Below, in pieces: positions 37,830 through 50,044 of a stretch of 51,719 nt of DNA. This DNA comes from Octopus sinensis. Taxonomy: Eukaryota. The DNA lies in the NCBI RefSeq assembly GCF_006345805.1, contig NW_021834569.1:1-51719 (forward strand), given 5' to 3'. Each line of letters opens with the position of its first letter. Positions within the stretch are counted from its first letter, which is position 1. The position numbers were made by a program, and so were the translations under genes. Below the pieces are notes generated by a model that did not search any database, was not told the DNA's origin, and worked only from the letters and a program-made list of their open reading frames with translations.

Positions 37830-40060
37830 CATTAAAATATTCATATCTGATTTCAGAATTTATAGCAAACATAAAACCTCACTATTGGCGAAAACTTGAT
37901 AATCCCTGCTTGTCGTATTATTGCTCGCGGTGTTTAGGCATAATATGAACAAATATATTGAAGATATCTTTGTCAGATAACAGTTTCTTGTCGGATTTGT
38001 GGTTTGTCGGAGAATATTGAAAATAGTGTCTCATTTTTTATTAAAGAAACTCACTTGACGAATCTGAGGATATTTCGGAAATGGCACATTTATTGGTATA
38101 TATACGATTTGTTTATTTTGGGAAAATTACAGAACAATTCGTATTTTATAAGCCTCTTTTAACTACTACTCGAGCAATTGATATGTTCACAATATTAAAC
38201 GATTATTTCAATATCAATAATATTTTCATTTGCCAATTGTATTGGTACATGTACAGATGGAGCCCCATATGTTTGGTCGTATTAATGGAATTGTTTCATC
38301 TGTTAAATTTAAAAATAATGAGATGATTTTATCACATTGTTTTTTGCATCGAGAATATTGACTGTAAAAACATTGCCTATGAATTTAAAATCTTTCTTGG
38401 ATGATATTATCTAAATCAGTGGTTCTCAACGGTGGACGATTCTCCCCCTAGGGATGATCCGATTATTTCACCATGGGGGCGATAATTGAAATAATGAATA
38501 AATATGATATTTTTTGTTATAATTATTTAAATTTCTAAGCGTGATTTCTAGTTATCTTTATGGGTCGTGCTCAAAAAAGTCAGAATGTATAAAGATGAAT
38601 ATATTTCTCTTGGCTTTATTAAAGATCCTCAAGATCCTAATAAACCACTTTGCCTTCAATGGGGTGCAATCTTTTTGAATTAAGCAAGAAATCGTCTCGT
38701 TTGATTGAACATTTAAAGCGAAAATATCATAATTCAATTGGAAAAAAGGAAGACTTTTTTCTAGAATTAAAAAAGAATTTTGAAAATAAAAACACCTTAC
38801 AGTCAATCTTTAATAAAAATATATCTCAAAATGTCTCTGGATTATCTTTTCATATAAAGTTGCAGAGATAATTACAAAAACTGGTTTCATTATTATTTTA
38901 ATTATAAGTACTGCTCATTCGATTGCAGAAAATGTTATCCGTCCTTGTTTAAATTTATTTATAAACGATATCTTACAAAACGATTCTTCAAATATTATGA
39001 AGACTATTCCATTAAGCAACGACAACCCCACGAAAAAGAATTGATGAAATTTCTAATGAAATTGAACAATCCTTAATTTTACTTCTCAGGGAACGCAAGT
39101 TTTCAGTCCAATTTGACGAATCAGTTATCGTTGATAACCAGTCAATTTTTATGGCATATGTAAGGTATTACTTTTTATAAATACTTTTTAATACAGATAT
39201 TTTGATGATGATTTTATTCTGCAAGAAGAGTTAGAATCTTTAATCACGGATACCAAAGGATTGTCAATATTCAAAATGTTTCAATCTTATTCTTAAATAA
39301 TATTCCTTGGAACATATTTTATCGTGCGCAACTGATGGCTATGGTTGGAAAATATCGTGGTTTTTTAGAAAATTTAATTTGAGTAATAGAAATTTGGAAA
39401 ATTCGATTTTTATGACCACACTTTTGATGACAACGATTGAAATTTATGAATTTCATTTCGAATCTTGGAACAAGATTTGAAAAAAAGATTTGAAGATTAA
39501 TTATTTAAACTTTTCTGATTGGATGATTAATCCTTGGGTGCCCATTCATTATGATTCTGACGATGAATGTCAACAAAGATTAATAGAACTAAAAAACGAC
39601 CAAAAACTCAAAATAAAATTTAAAAAACGAAACTAGAGTCAATCTGGACAGAAAATCTACCAAAATGAAATTCCCGAAATTATGAAAAAAATGATGCCAG
39701 TAATTTTATTTTTTCCTACATCATACTGCGTAGAGCAAGGATTCAGCACTCTGAATAGTATGATCGAAAAAAGAAACAAACTAAACATAGAAAAAAAGAG
39801 AAGACATAGAATTACACTTACGAAGAAGTATAAATTTGAAAAACTTGTCAATTTCATCAACCGCGAGGATCTCATTAAAAATCTTATTTTTTAATAAAAA
39901 ATATTTCTAATATACAAAATAAAGGTTGTGAACCACTGATCTAATGACTAATAATATAAAAAGTCTCGCATTTACCTCTATTTGCGATGAAATGGGGCAA
40001 ACTTTACAAATTTGAATTTGTTGAAAAAATTCAGAATCCAAAATTGTCCATAAAACTCCA
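37830..40060 (+). mobile_element. hAT Buster/ZBED5-FAM200-like transposase remnant split by the nested element
   Basis: HTIGEKLIIPAC, LDESEDISEMAHLLVYIRFV, TDGAP, SHCF(L)HRE. The flanks rejoin as KSFLDDII.MTNNIKS. Confidence 0.8.
38417..39938 (+). mobile_element. Nested hAT Buster-type element
   Basis: TIRs CAGTGGTTCTCAAC / GTTGTGAACCACTG. Imperfect 8-bp TSD ATCTAAAT/ATCTAATG with central TA. Decayed transposase motifs QFDES, CATDG and FPTSYCVEQGFS. Confidence 0.85.
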
Positions 40061-40339
40061 TTCAAGTAAGAACGTTTTTAAAAGGTCAATTCCTCAGTTT
40101 TTGGGTTATTATTTTATTTTGATTTTTCTGGAAATAGGAGTCGTTTGTCGAAGACATGACTGCCTACGTCGTTGGAATAATCGGAATCATAAAGTCAGAA
40201 AAAAGATGTTTTTGTTTTCATTAAATGCCAGAAAAATATTTTGAATTTAATTTTCTTAGTTCTAGTTCATAATTTTGATTTTGCATGACTATATTACGGT
40301 CTATGAATATTTAATCAATAATTAATTGCACCACATGAC

Positions 40340-40860
40340 TTAAAATGTGTATCTTTCACCGGCGTGTCACGGCAGCAGCCACTTCTGCTGCAACCTGGTA
40401 AGCAAAAGAGGTGTATTCTTTGGCAGATACTCTCACTCCATGTCTGTGTTCAACTACCATGCTTTCTAGAGTCCTTTTTAAACAACAGACTGAAATATAT
40501 CAAACTATAGAGCAGGGTGCGCAAGCTTTTTGGTTTGCGGCCGCATAGCATTTTTTTTTCCTTCTCTTCCACGGCCGCACATTTTTCTGCATTATTTTTT
40601 CGATATTAATATAGTAATTTTTTTTAGCCGCACTTGCGCACTCCTGCTATAGAGCAAAAAAGCACAACTTATTGTATTATCAGCATATAAACACTTCGGA
40701 GATTTGAAAGAGTTCTTTGTTCGCAAAGTAAACGAAATTTAAATTAAATGAACTATAATTAAATAGTTTGAACATGACCCCTGTTTGGGAGGGCACCCCC
40801 GCTTTCTTGGGCACTTGGGTGGCCCACCCCCGGGGTTAGACTGTATTGTTGTTTCTTGTT
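40340..40860 (+). mobile_element. RLE-type retroelement C-terminus plus GC-rich 3' UTR
   Basis: EQKAQLIVL...TLRRF resembles the R4/NeSL-type terminus; paralogous to 29022-29120. Confidence 0.5.
40513..40646. mobile_element. 134 bp hAT (Buster-type) MITE
   Basis: TIRs CAGGGTGCGCAAG / CTTGCGCACTCCTG with a perfect 8-bp TSD CTATAGAG (40505-12, 40647-54). Confidence 0.93.
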
Positions 40861-41942
40861 CTGTACTGAAAAGAATTTGTTTTAAGGAGTTTTCCTCGAA
40901 ACAATACAATGAATCAACTGTATAGAATTCATCCGTTTCTTTATCATTTTCAGATTACTTCAAGTTTAATGAGCGCCGATAAAGTATTTATACTAGTTAA
41001 TTAGGGATAGTTTATGTTTGCTGTTGTAATTTTTTTCAACATTCCTCTTTCTTTCTATCTTGTAAACAATATTTGTAAAATACAATTGTCTAGTAATTAA
41101 TGATTAATTTGTTATTTACGACTTGAATAATTCATTTTTTAAATAATGATTTTTTAAATCAAAGAAAGTGTCAATACAGACGGTTGATTTGACTAAACAG
41201 TGGAAAAAATGTTTTAAAATACAAATTTGGTTTTTGAGAATATTTTACTTTAAATAACTCATTTGACGAAAAATTAAAATCAGTGGAAATATTGCGAGAA
41301 TATAATTTCTGTCGATAAACAAAAGAACTTCAAAATGGAAATAAATAGAGGTAAAAGGATTATGAAAGTAAACTTGCCTGACATTGCTGAAAAGCAAATT
41401 TTAAAATTAATTACTTATTCTCTAATTGTGAGGATCACTAGAGACACGTTGAGATTTTGATTTCTGTAGTTTTTGAATGAAGAAATGTTTAATGAAACGG
41501 AATTCGTTTCTTGTACTAGTAGATAACTGAAATACATGGTGATTTTTCAAACTTAAATATTTTGTATTGTTGTGTGTCTAGAAAATATAAATTTTTATAG
41601 TGAAACGGAAAAGGGTCTGTAAATTTGTCTTAATGGACATAATTTTTTCATGCATTTAATTAGCAATCATTGCTCAACATATTTTCTGAATTATTTTGAA
41701 TCGAATGAGCCCTGGCAACGTTTATAGTCTCATTGTGAATAGCAATCAAAAAGATTAGCTTGAATTCTTTATTGGATGATTTTGAATATTATTATTAGTA
41801 ATCTGGATAATTCGAATAGTAATGTTGTCTACCTGGCAAAATACGATCATTATTCGAAATGATCGTCAGGGGTCCATACATCCTCAAAGCTCTCCTGATT
41901 TTTTATTTTCAAAATTATGTCGTGAAAGTCTCTCACTTTAAA

Positions 41943-42090
41943 GTTTTACAGATTGGAGATATGCTCTCACGTAGTTTTCTATAAATTACAATGTTTCTCA
42001 ATTCAATTATTTTTGTAATGTTAAGTTTTAACTGGATTCTTAAATTTGATTTTAGTAGAATATAACTTTTATTATAAAAATAATATATAG
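41943..42090. repeat. Dispersed ~150 bp repeat, copy 2 of bases 1-152
   Basis: Direct sequence match. Confidence 0.95.
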
Positions 42091-42800
42091 TCCCACGTGG
42101 AGTCCCACGCGAGGCATTTCCCATTACTCCACGGGAAAATGGTGACTCCATCGGGGCGTTTACCGTCTCCGCGGTCAAGCCCAACGTTCCAGTTCTGTCG
42201 AAAATCCAGCTGCTTGTAACGCAGCGCCGAAATAGTCTCGTTGATAGCGGAGTGTCTGGGAGCACGGCCAGCACTCCTCCTGCATGACAGGGGATGTAGT
42301 CCTTTGGTATCGACTTTACTACCACATCGGCATTGGCCCCCCGAACAGAACATTAAGTCCCAAACGTATTGCTACGCCAATCCTCACACAGTCATTATCG
42401 AGAAGGGTTCCAGATTGGGAGCAAGGAGGGCATAAGCCACGCCCCACTTTCAGGTCTGGCAGCGGCACCGGCGAGGCGATGCTGATCCATGTAGGTCTGA
42501 TTGCTTCCATTTTAGCTTTGCTGGAGATATCATCCGTACCTATTCGTACCTATTCAGCTACTTTCCTAAAACTCTCAGCAGTGACTTCGGATTAGTCTTT
42601 TCTAGGCCCAAAGATTCGAGGATCAAAAAATATGCTTCTTTTCCAAAATCTTTCTTTTTTGTTTCTTGCCTCTCAGACAAGTTGTGACTTCGGATCTCCT
42701 CCTGTAAAAACACGGATCTCCTCCAAGATCTTTGACAAAAAGGTTTGGATTTTCTAACGCATTTCTTTTGTCATCCTCCGAAGTAATTGTAAAGCAATTT
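42091..42800 (-). mobile_element. CRE-like zinc-knuckle/RLE remnant
   Basis: GTLLDNDCVRIGVAIRLG...CRCGSKVDTKGLHPLSCRRSAGRAPRHSAINE...DRGDGKRPDGVTIFPWSNGKCLAWD. Confidence 0.88.
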
Positions 42801-43189
42801 CCCCCCAACGTGAGAAAAACAATCCAATTTAAGTTTTTAAACAAATAAAAAAATCATTCTTGCAGGGAGAAAATTGATTGGCTGTTTCCATAAATCCAAT
42901 TTGATCATGTCTACACGTGTTTTGGTTTGTCAATCAGATGGGAAATCTATAGACAACCCCCACTAAATCAAAAATAGAAATAAAGCATCAACCTCTGGAT
43001 GTCCAGAATCACTGTCAAGATTAAATAAAATAAGAAAATTAATAAATCCTAACAAATAACTCGGCTCGGATTGTCTTATATATTTTACCGATTTTTTATG
43101 TAAATTTCCCAATTGATTATTCTAATCACAGAAATAAAAGAAAAGCGTTATGTGCCAGCGGCAAGATTTCTGTGATTAGAATAATCAAT

Positions 43190-43716
43190 TGGGAAATTAA
43201 AAAAAATTATCCCCTTTCCTGTCGTCGCAGTGCAGGGCGCGCACCCGCCATGCAGCACTTACGACGTTATTCAGAGGGGGCTCACGGCGCCGGAATTCCA
43301 TCAATCCTTGAACCCGTTGGGCTTGCGAGGGGAGACGGAAAAAGAACGACGGCCTATCGACTTTCCGTTTGAGTTCGGCAAGTCTCTGTTAGGGATGCGA
43401 CGTGTTCAGACACTTTCTCGGAGCTCAACATTCCTTCTTCAGCTGTCGAGGCTGGCTCAGTCTCTCGCAAAGCCGAGAAGATGAAGATTGGAAAAACAAG
43501 GAGCTCTCTGAACGGTATCTGTCACTCCCATCGCCGTCGAGACTTCCGGGGTCTCGGCGAAAAGTCTCTTTCCTTTCTAAAAAAGCTGGCCGCATGATCT
43601 CCCATAAACGGGGAGACCCACGCGAAGCCAAGTGGCTTCGAAAGGATTTCCTTGGCCATAGTACGTGGAAACTGTGTTTCCATTTACGGGCCGGAAATTA
43701 GTAGTTAATAACTATT
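43190..43716 (+). mobile_element. CRE-like RLE and 3' end
   Basis: PLSCRRSAGR...GIPSILEPVGLARGDGKR...RISLAIVRGNCVSIY. Confidence 0.88.
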
Positions 43717-43799
43717 TGTCAATTACATATAAATTCCAAAAAAAAAAAAAAAAAAATTGAAATTAAAAAATTGATTGAAATAACAAAACTGAAATATTA

Positions 43800-44260
43800 A
43801 ATTTGCCCTACAGAAAGGGCAGGATAATGTACGAGAATTTTTTCCTTGTAGCCACTTCTTGACGCAAGAGAAATGAAAAATGACCGCATTTTAGTTTAGC
43901 CACATTCTCCCTGATTTGTAAATGTCCAGACATATAGAACAGGTGTCACCAAGTCTAATTCCAGCGTATCATAAAAACGTTTAATTCTTTTAAGAGCCGA
44001 TTTTAATACCTTTGATCTTTTTTTCTTAAATCGTTTAAATTAAATTATAACCCATTCACAAAAACTTGAAATATTCTCATTTAGTGCGTCCACGAGTTGA
44101 TTAAATTGAACATTTGGAGAATCTTCAAACATAGCGGTGTATACTAAATATATATGCTCTGATATTTGATCACTATGAGTTACAAATTGGTTTAAGAACT
44201 GAATGAGCTTGTGTCATATTCATCTAGCATGCGAAGATACGATTGGTTTAGAAACGACAT
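43800..44260 (-). CDS. Small C-terminal RING-H2 protein (gene with indels, or pseudogene)
   Basis: After correcting at least 3 indels: GDTCSICLDIYKSGENVAKLKCGH.FHFSCVKKWLQGKNSRTLSCPFCR. ATG candidate at 44260. Confidence 0.65.
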
Positions 44261-44429
44261 TATGTGGCACCTAAAAATTAATATTTATTAAAATACGACA
44301 GTCAGAATATAACAAAGCAATAATTGGTAGCAGAATATTTAATGCTTTTAAATATTTATTTAATAATTTCAAATATTAATAAAATTAAAAAGAATTAATA
44401 TTTTTCCATTTTAATAAAATATAAAATTA

Positions 44430-45460
44430 AAAATGAAGAAAAATTATAAAGCTTTCTTTTATCATAGCAAAAGACCACAGCTTCCATAAAAGCTAAGGTT
44501 TTTGACTTCTTCCTTCTTTCGGAAAAGTGACGCCATTGGAAGAGTCGCCTGTCTCCAAGACTGCGTATCGAAGCTGACGTGAGGATGTCCTCAGTGCAAG
44601 CTTTCATGTGCTCGGAATAGTCTCGAGAAGATCTGTTTCCTCATAGCACTGGGCCGTCCTCAAAACGTATGTTAACTTTGGAATAGATAGACAGTTCTCA
44701 ATAAAGGGCCCAGTGGAGTATGCAAAGTTGACAATCGGTAGGATGTACGCAATTTCTTTGACGCAAGCTTCAAGGATACAGTCTCTTCTAACAGAATGAA
44801 TGCATTCTTTAAGTCGATCTTGGCCAGAATTCGTTGGGAATCAATGAAAGAGTTAACAAACTCACGTAGAGCGTGGACCCCGGCCTCGGGGCCTCCTCGG
44901 ATACCAACTCCGAGCTGTGTTGGTACGAAGTACGGTACAAGTGCCCCAGAACCTGCCTTCGGTAGGGGGGTAAAGGACGCACTCGAAATTGGACATTAAT
45001 TCAGGGATCTGCGCTTTCAAAACTTTAGCAAGGATTGGCCCATCCGTTCGTTGCTGTATCGGGACGCTCAAAGCGTAGACGGAAAGAGGAATAGTTTTGC
45101 CCATGGAAGGGCGTCGGAGTTACTATTCGTGGTATTTCCGATCAAGGTGGCAAGACTCTCCGCAGCAAGTAACCTGGCTGCCTTCGGAATCCTAACGGGG
45201 ATGTACCTACACCGTCGCAAAGGGGACAGATATCGCAGGAAATCCTCTGCATCAGAGACGGGAAGGACAAAGGGAGGTGGAAACCATCCAGGAACTACGC
45301 ACGAAGGGCAATTCCACGTCTGGAGGGGAAATGGCTGCTTCCTCTTAAGACCAATACAAGAAAGATGAAAAAAATTCCCACAGGTCGAGCAATTAATTCC
45401 ACGTTTCCGTCTGTTCGATTTCTTGCAAGAAAGCCATGTGGGATTATCTACTTTTTCCAT
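44430..45460 (-). mobile_element. CRE-like element 5' part: PHD finger, N-terminal region and RT start; internally deleted
   Basis: CSTCGNFFHLSCIGL...WNCPSC, then RIPKAARLLAAESL, then PTQLGVGIRGGPEAGVHA...KIDLKNAF. Confidence 0.8.
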
Positions 45461-45859
45461 GAATAGATTAGAATAGAATACAATAGGATACACAGAAATT
45501 AAGACAATACAATGAGATACACAGAAAATAAGGCAGTACAATGAAAAACAACAATGAATGTGACAAAATTACAAATGGGAAGAAATTACACCACAACAAC
45601 CCAACAATATTTAGTTTGTACTCTAATTAAATAAATAATCCAGTAAATGGCACTTTAAAGCTCTCAAGTCACTATAGAAATCTATACGCTTATTTAATTG
45701 TTATTTTTTCACATTTGCCTTCTAAATACCGCCAAAATACGTTGTTTAGTATCTTAAGCTCTTTTTTAAGCCCCCAAGCTAAGATTTTGAGCTTCTTAAG
45801 AAACGAATTTAATAAAGATTGTTTTTTTCAATAAAGACAGTAATTAAAATTCAAAATAG

Positions 45860-46576
45860 TCACTTTTGGAAATTGACAGAATACCCGCCTCCTTTATCTT
45901 TATCAAATTTAAAGTTATCTGTCGACAGTCCAAATGGTTTTAAAACCATATTCCCTAATTCTTTTAATTTAGCTAACAAAATTAATACACCAACCCAACC
46001 CATTGCCTCTGTTTTTAATTTCTCGTTCCTGGTTTCAATCAGAGGGGGCAATTCAAAATTTCCTTTGAGAGCGACTTGGTTTTTTGGGTCGAGTTCCAAC
46101 ACTTTTTTGTAGTCTTTTAAAGCATCTTCCAATTTTTCGGTTTTTTCATAAAGTTTTGCCCTCAGAAGATAAGCTTTGATATAATTTGGATCAAATTCCA
46201 AGGCATTGGTACATTTTTCGATGGCTTCTGAGTCTTGGGACTAAATATTTATTTTTTGTTTAATAACAAGATATTTTAACGAGATTGCTGTGTTGTGGTA
46301 TAAATTGGCTTTAATGTCAGGAAAATATTCCGAAGGACACAACTTCAAAGTTTCTGAATATTTATTTATGGCTTGAATGTATTTTTGGTTTTGGAAAAAT
46401 TCATTTCCGATGCTTTTTTCTTTGAGAATATCATTTTTTAGTTTCTAGAATGTTGTTCATAATTTTACATCTAATTCCTCTGGTGATAATTCTACATTAA
46501 TTTCTTCATTTATTTCCTCTAAATTAGAAGTCTCGTCAGCATCAAAAAATTCAGAAATTTCATTTTCAGAATCCAT
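45860..46576 (-). CDS. TTC1: Tetratricopeptide repeat protein 1, 4 exons
   Basis: Three mini-introns. KSIGNEFF...YIKAYLLRAKLYEKTEKLEDALKDYKKVLELDP...ERNEKLK-type coil, and AKLKELGNMVLKPFGLSTDNF...GYSVNF. Confidence 0.92.
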
Positions 46577-46869
46577 CAGTCAAAATCAAGTGCACAACAA
46601 AAACTAAATTATTAAATTATATAATTTATATTTCAAATTTATTGTGAACCTAATTTTATAATTAGATTCATGTGGAGGGTAAGAGATAATTCTTTCAGCT
46701 TCGACATGGATATAACTTAAGTCCCAAAAAGTTAATGTTATGAAATAGTCGACTTTGGTATTGCTTACATGTTAGTTAGGCTTTGAGAGGAATTTCTGTT
46801 TTTGATTATTTTGTTGAGCTGGCATTGGAAATGGGGCAGTTGAGACAATTATTATTATTTAGGCCAAAC

Positions 46870-47400
46870 AAAATCACCGTCTTAACCATTAACTAACACG
46901 TTCAGGTGATTCCGACACTTCTCAACAGTCGAGGCATCTTTTCACAATGTTCCGACCGTGACCCCACACACTTTCTGTATGTACGGTGAATGGTTTGTGG
47001 TCCATTTCCACGATCCCCCCATTTGCCTCTACGAGGTGAATAGAGTGACTGCTGACTTTTCGGAACATGCATGTAGTCTGTTTTCATATAGCCATCCATA
47101 TAAGTCGTCCAGTATTCTTTGTAGTCTTTCCTTCGCGTATTCGACATTTACATCCCTAGATGCGACAACTATGTCATCGGCATAGGAGAGTAGTATGTCA
47201 TTATTTTCCATAGGAACCGGGAGATCATTCAGAAACAAGTTGAAGAGGGTCGGGGATAAAGGAGAACCCTGGGGTACACCATTGGGCAATAAGCGTGATT
47301 TTGAACTCTCGTTCCCGACGCACACTTTCCCACGACGTTCGCTCAAAAAATTCGGCAGTTGAGACAATGAAAATTGTATAAATGTTTTATCGTCCCTCAA
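46870..47400 (-). mobile_element. Jockey/I-like RT remnant
   Basis: GVPQGSPLSPTLFNLFLNDLP...SYADD. Confidence 0.9.
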
Positions 47401-48020
47401 AAAGTCAAATCACCTTTAAAATATTTATTCCCCCGATGACCTTATTTTAAATTGTTCCGACTGAGAGTTTAACCCAGATCCACCTTAATGCACACCTTTG
47501 GAATGTCGCTTGTTTAGAAAGTTTGTTGTTTCTGTAAATACAAATATTAATTTTATTTGTTTTTAAGATTTTCTTGTTGGTTGAAATACTCATTTTAAAG
47601 TATTCCTATAATTTTATTTAAAATGTCCGTTCGGATAAACATTTTATATAATTAGTAATATATCACTCAAATTATCAATCTGAAAATAAAAAATGAATTT
47701 AAAGACGTTCTTAAACTCTAATTTATTAATCATCTATTCTGGCCTATGCAGACTTGGTTCGGGTTGATCGTCTTTTTCTTTGCAATCAGAGTCGATACTT
47801 TGAGAGTTCGAAAAGAGTACTTTCATATGAATTTTATTTTTTAAATGACTTTCTACGTGTCTTATAAGTAAATTGTGAATTTTTTAAATAATTTTGTAAA
47901 TTTGTAATAAGAAATTGTAGGAAAAGTATTTTAAAAATTAAAAAATGTGTTTATACGACGACAAACGGAAAGATCTTTTAAAATTATTTTTTGACTTGCA
48001 AAATAACACAAAATATTTTA

Positions 48021-50044
48021 TCAAATAAAATTGAAGCATTTAAAATGATATTTGTGGAATGAAGAATACCGCCAATGTTTTTTGAAGTCTGTATTTTTCA
48101 TTGATTTCCTCAAACTAATAGATTCAACTTTGGATATACTATCAATATAAAATACGTCATAAAAATACTTTTCATTTATAAAATGATTGATTTTAAAGCC
48201 ATTTAAGTTGTTTTGAATATTTTTATCTCTCAAAAATAACTTCAGAATCTACTAAACTTTCAAAAAATGTTTACCTTTTCCACCTTCTTTGAATATTGTT
48301 TATATTTTGTTTTGAATTCAATCAAAACTTGTATTCCCCGAAACTTAATAAAAAATCTATAAATATTGAAACTTTAAAAACACAATTCAGGCTCATAATT
48401 TTTCGACCGTTTCAGAATAAAGTAGAAAAGATTTAATGAAAGGTGAACAATTTTTTCATTTTTGCCAAACTTTTCAAATTTTGTTATTTTATCCATTAAA
48501 CTTGTAACGTGCCTGAGTCCATGAAAACCTGCATATCGTTTTGAAATTAATGGTGACCAAGAATACTTCCGATAACTGGATCCTGAGACAAAATACTTAG
48601 GAGAGAGAGTATATCCAGCATCATTTCTGGAGAATCTAGACTCAATAAATTAAGAATAGCAAATAATCCATCATTTTCTTTCATCTTCTCTTTGAATTGA
48701 GAGGAAAACTAAGAAATGCTAATGAATGCTTACTTTTGGATCTCCCACAATGAGATTAGTAAATATTCCGATTATATATTCTACATATAGTGGCTCAGAG
48801 CTTTTAATAAGAACATAAATAAAGGTTTCTTGCACATTATTCAGCCAATACATTGCAAATCTGGTCACATTATTACTTTGCTACAACGAATTATCTGGGT
48901 AGTTTCTTCTTTTCTTCTTAGCCATTTGTTTAAAGACTATAATTATAAATTAACTAAATTAAACAAAATAAGCCTTTCTGTTTGTCTGAAAGATATTTTA
49001 CTTTCATAAAAATAGACATTAGTCTCAAAATTTCATAAATAAGGATCACTGTGCTTTGATTAATGTTGCGAAATATAACTGCAAGTTTTATCACCTCCAA
49101 CATGTTTATTAAAATAGAAATTCTTTCAGATAGAGCGAATTGACACAATTCATCTTCCAAACAATTTCTAGATAACGTTAGAGTCGGTTTAGATACAAAA
49201 GGCATTCCAGTAAGTAGTGAACTTGATTTAAAGGAGGTTTGTTAATAGTTAAACATAATTTTCTCTTTTTAGGGTCGGAGAAATTGTTAGCAAAATTTTG
49301 TACAACCTTTTCCAAGAGAGCGATTATAGCCTCGAATATTGATATGTGAGTCCACTATTTGTTAGATATGATCTTGCCTGATGCTGAGATATGTTTTTTA
49401 AAATGATTGCGGCTTGTAACTCAATTTCAAAATTGTCATTTTCAGAGTAAATCAATTTGCTCAGAATAGTAATTGATTCCATTACAATTTTCTAATTCAC
49501 TTACAAGTTTTTTTTACGCAGGTTTTTTCACCTTCTTCGTCTCTTCTGATAGTCATGTTATCTAGGATTTTAAGCAAGGGAGACAGGATGGCTAAATTTT
49601 CATGACGTAGAAGATGGCATAGTTTTTGAATCCCCCCAAACAATCTGAACAAACTTGAAAAAATAAATACCGTATTCTAGAAAAGAAACGTTGTTTTTGA
49701 TTTGTAGCATTCAGAAGAAACTGCAAAGCACGGATCTTCGTCTCATCACAAGGGTTTGAAAGTGCGCCAACTGCATGACAGGTGTCAATAAAATCGTTTT
49801 TCTTTGACTTATTTCGAACTGGGTTTATATTATTTGTTTTCTCTGATGTTGTATTTGGAATGTTGTTAATGAAATTATTTTGACTGTATTTTGTTTGAGT
49901 AGTTGAATTCGGATTGGAATACGTACTGACAAATGAATGTCGCTCCTTGTTACGATGATTGGTGTTATTAATGAAAATTGGAGGCTTTATTACGTATAAA
50001 TTACTGAAAGGTGGAGAGGTTCGAACAAGAATTGAATCCTGCAT
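48021..50044 (-). CDS. p120-catenin / delta-catenin / ARVCF family armadillo-repeat protein
   Basis: Spliced exons align along the p120 ARM array: RLFGGIQKLCHLL...RRDEE; IIGIFTNLIVG...KENDGLFAILNLL...QDPVIGSILG; RGIQVLI...YSKKVEK...GFKINHF. The exon structure at 49200-49400 is unresolved. Confidence 0.78.

Noticed and set aside
41000-42060. Minus-strand gene reading out of the duplicated 150 bp segment
   Set aside because: Some mini-intron-like segments exist, but every model I tried hit stops and I found no start or homology.
43936-43955. hAT-like TIR (CAGGTGTCACCAA)
   Set aside because: Better explained as the antisense of GDTCSIC in the RING-H2 coding sequence; no partner TIR.
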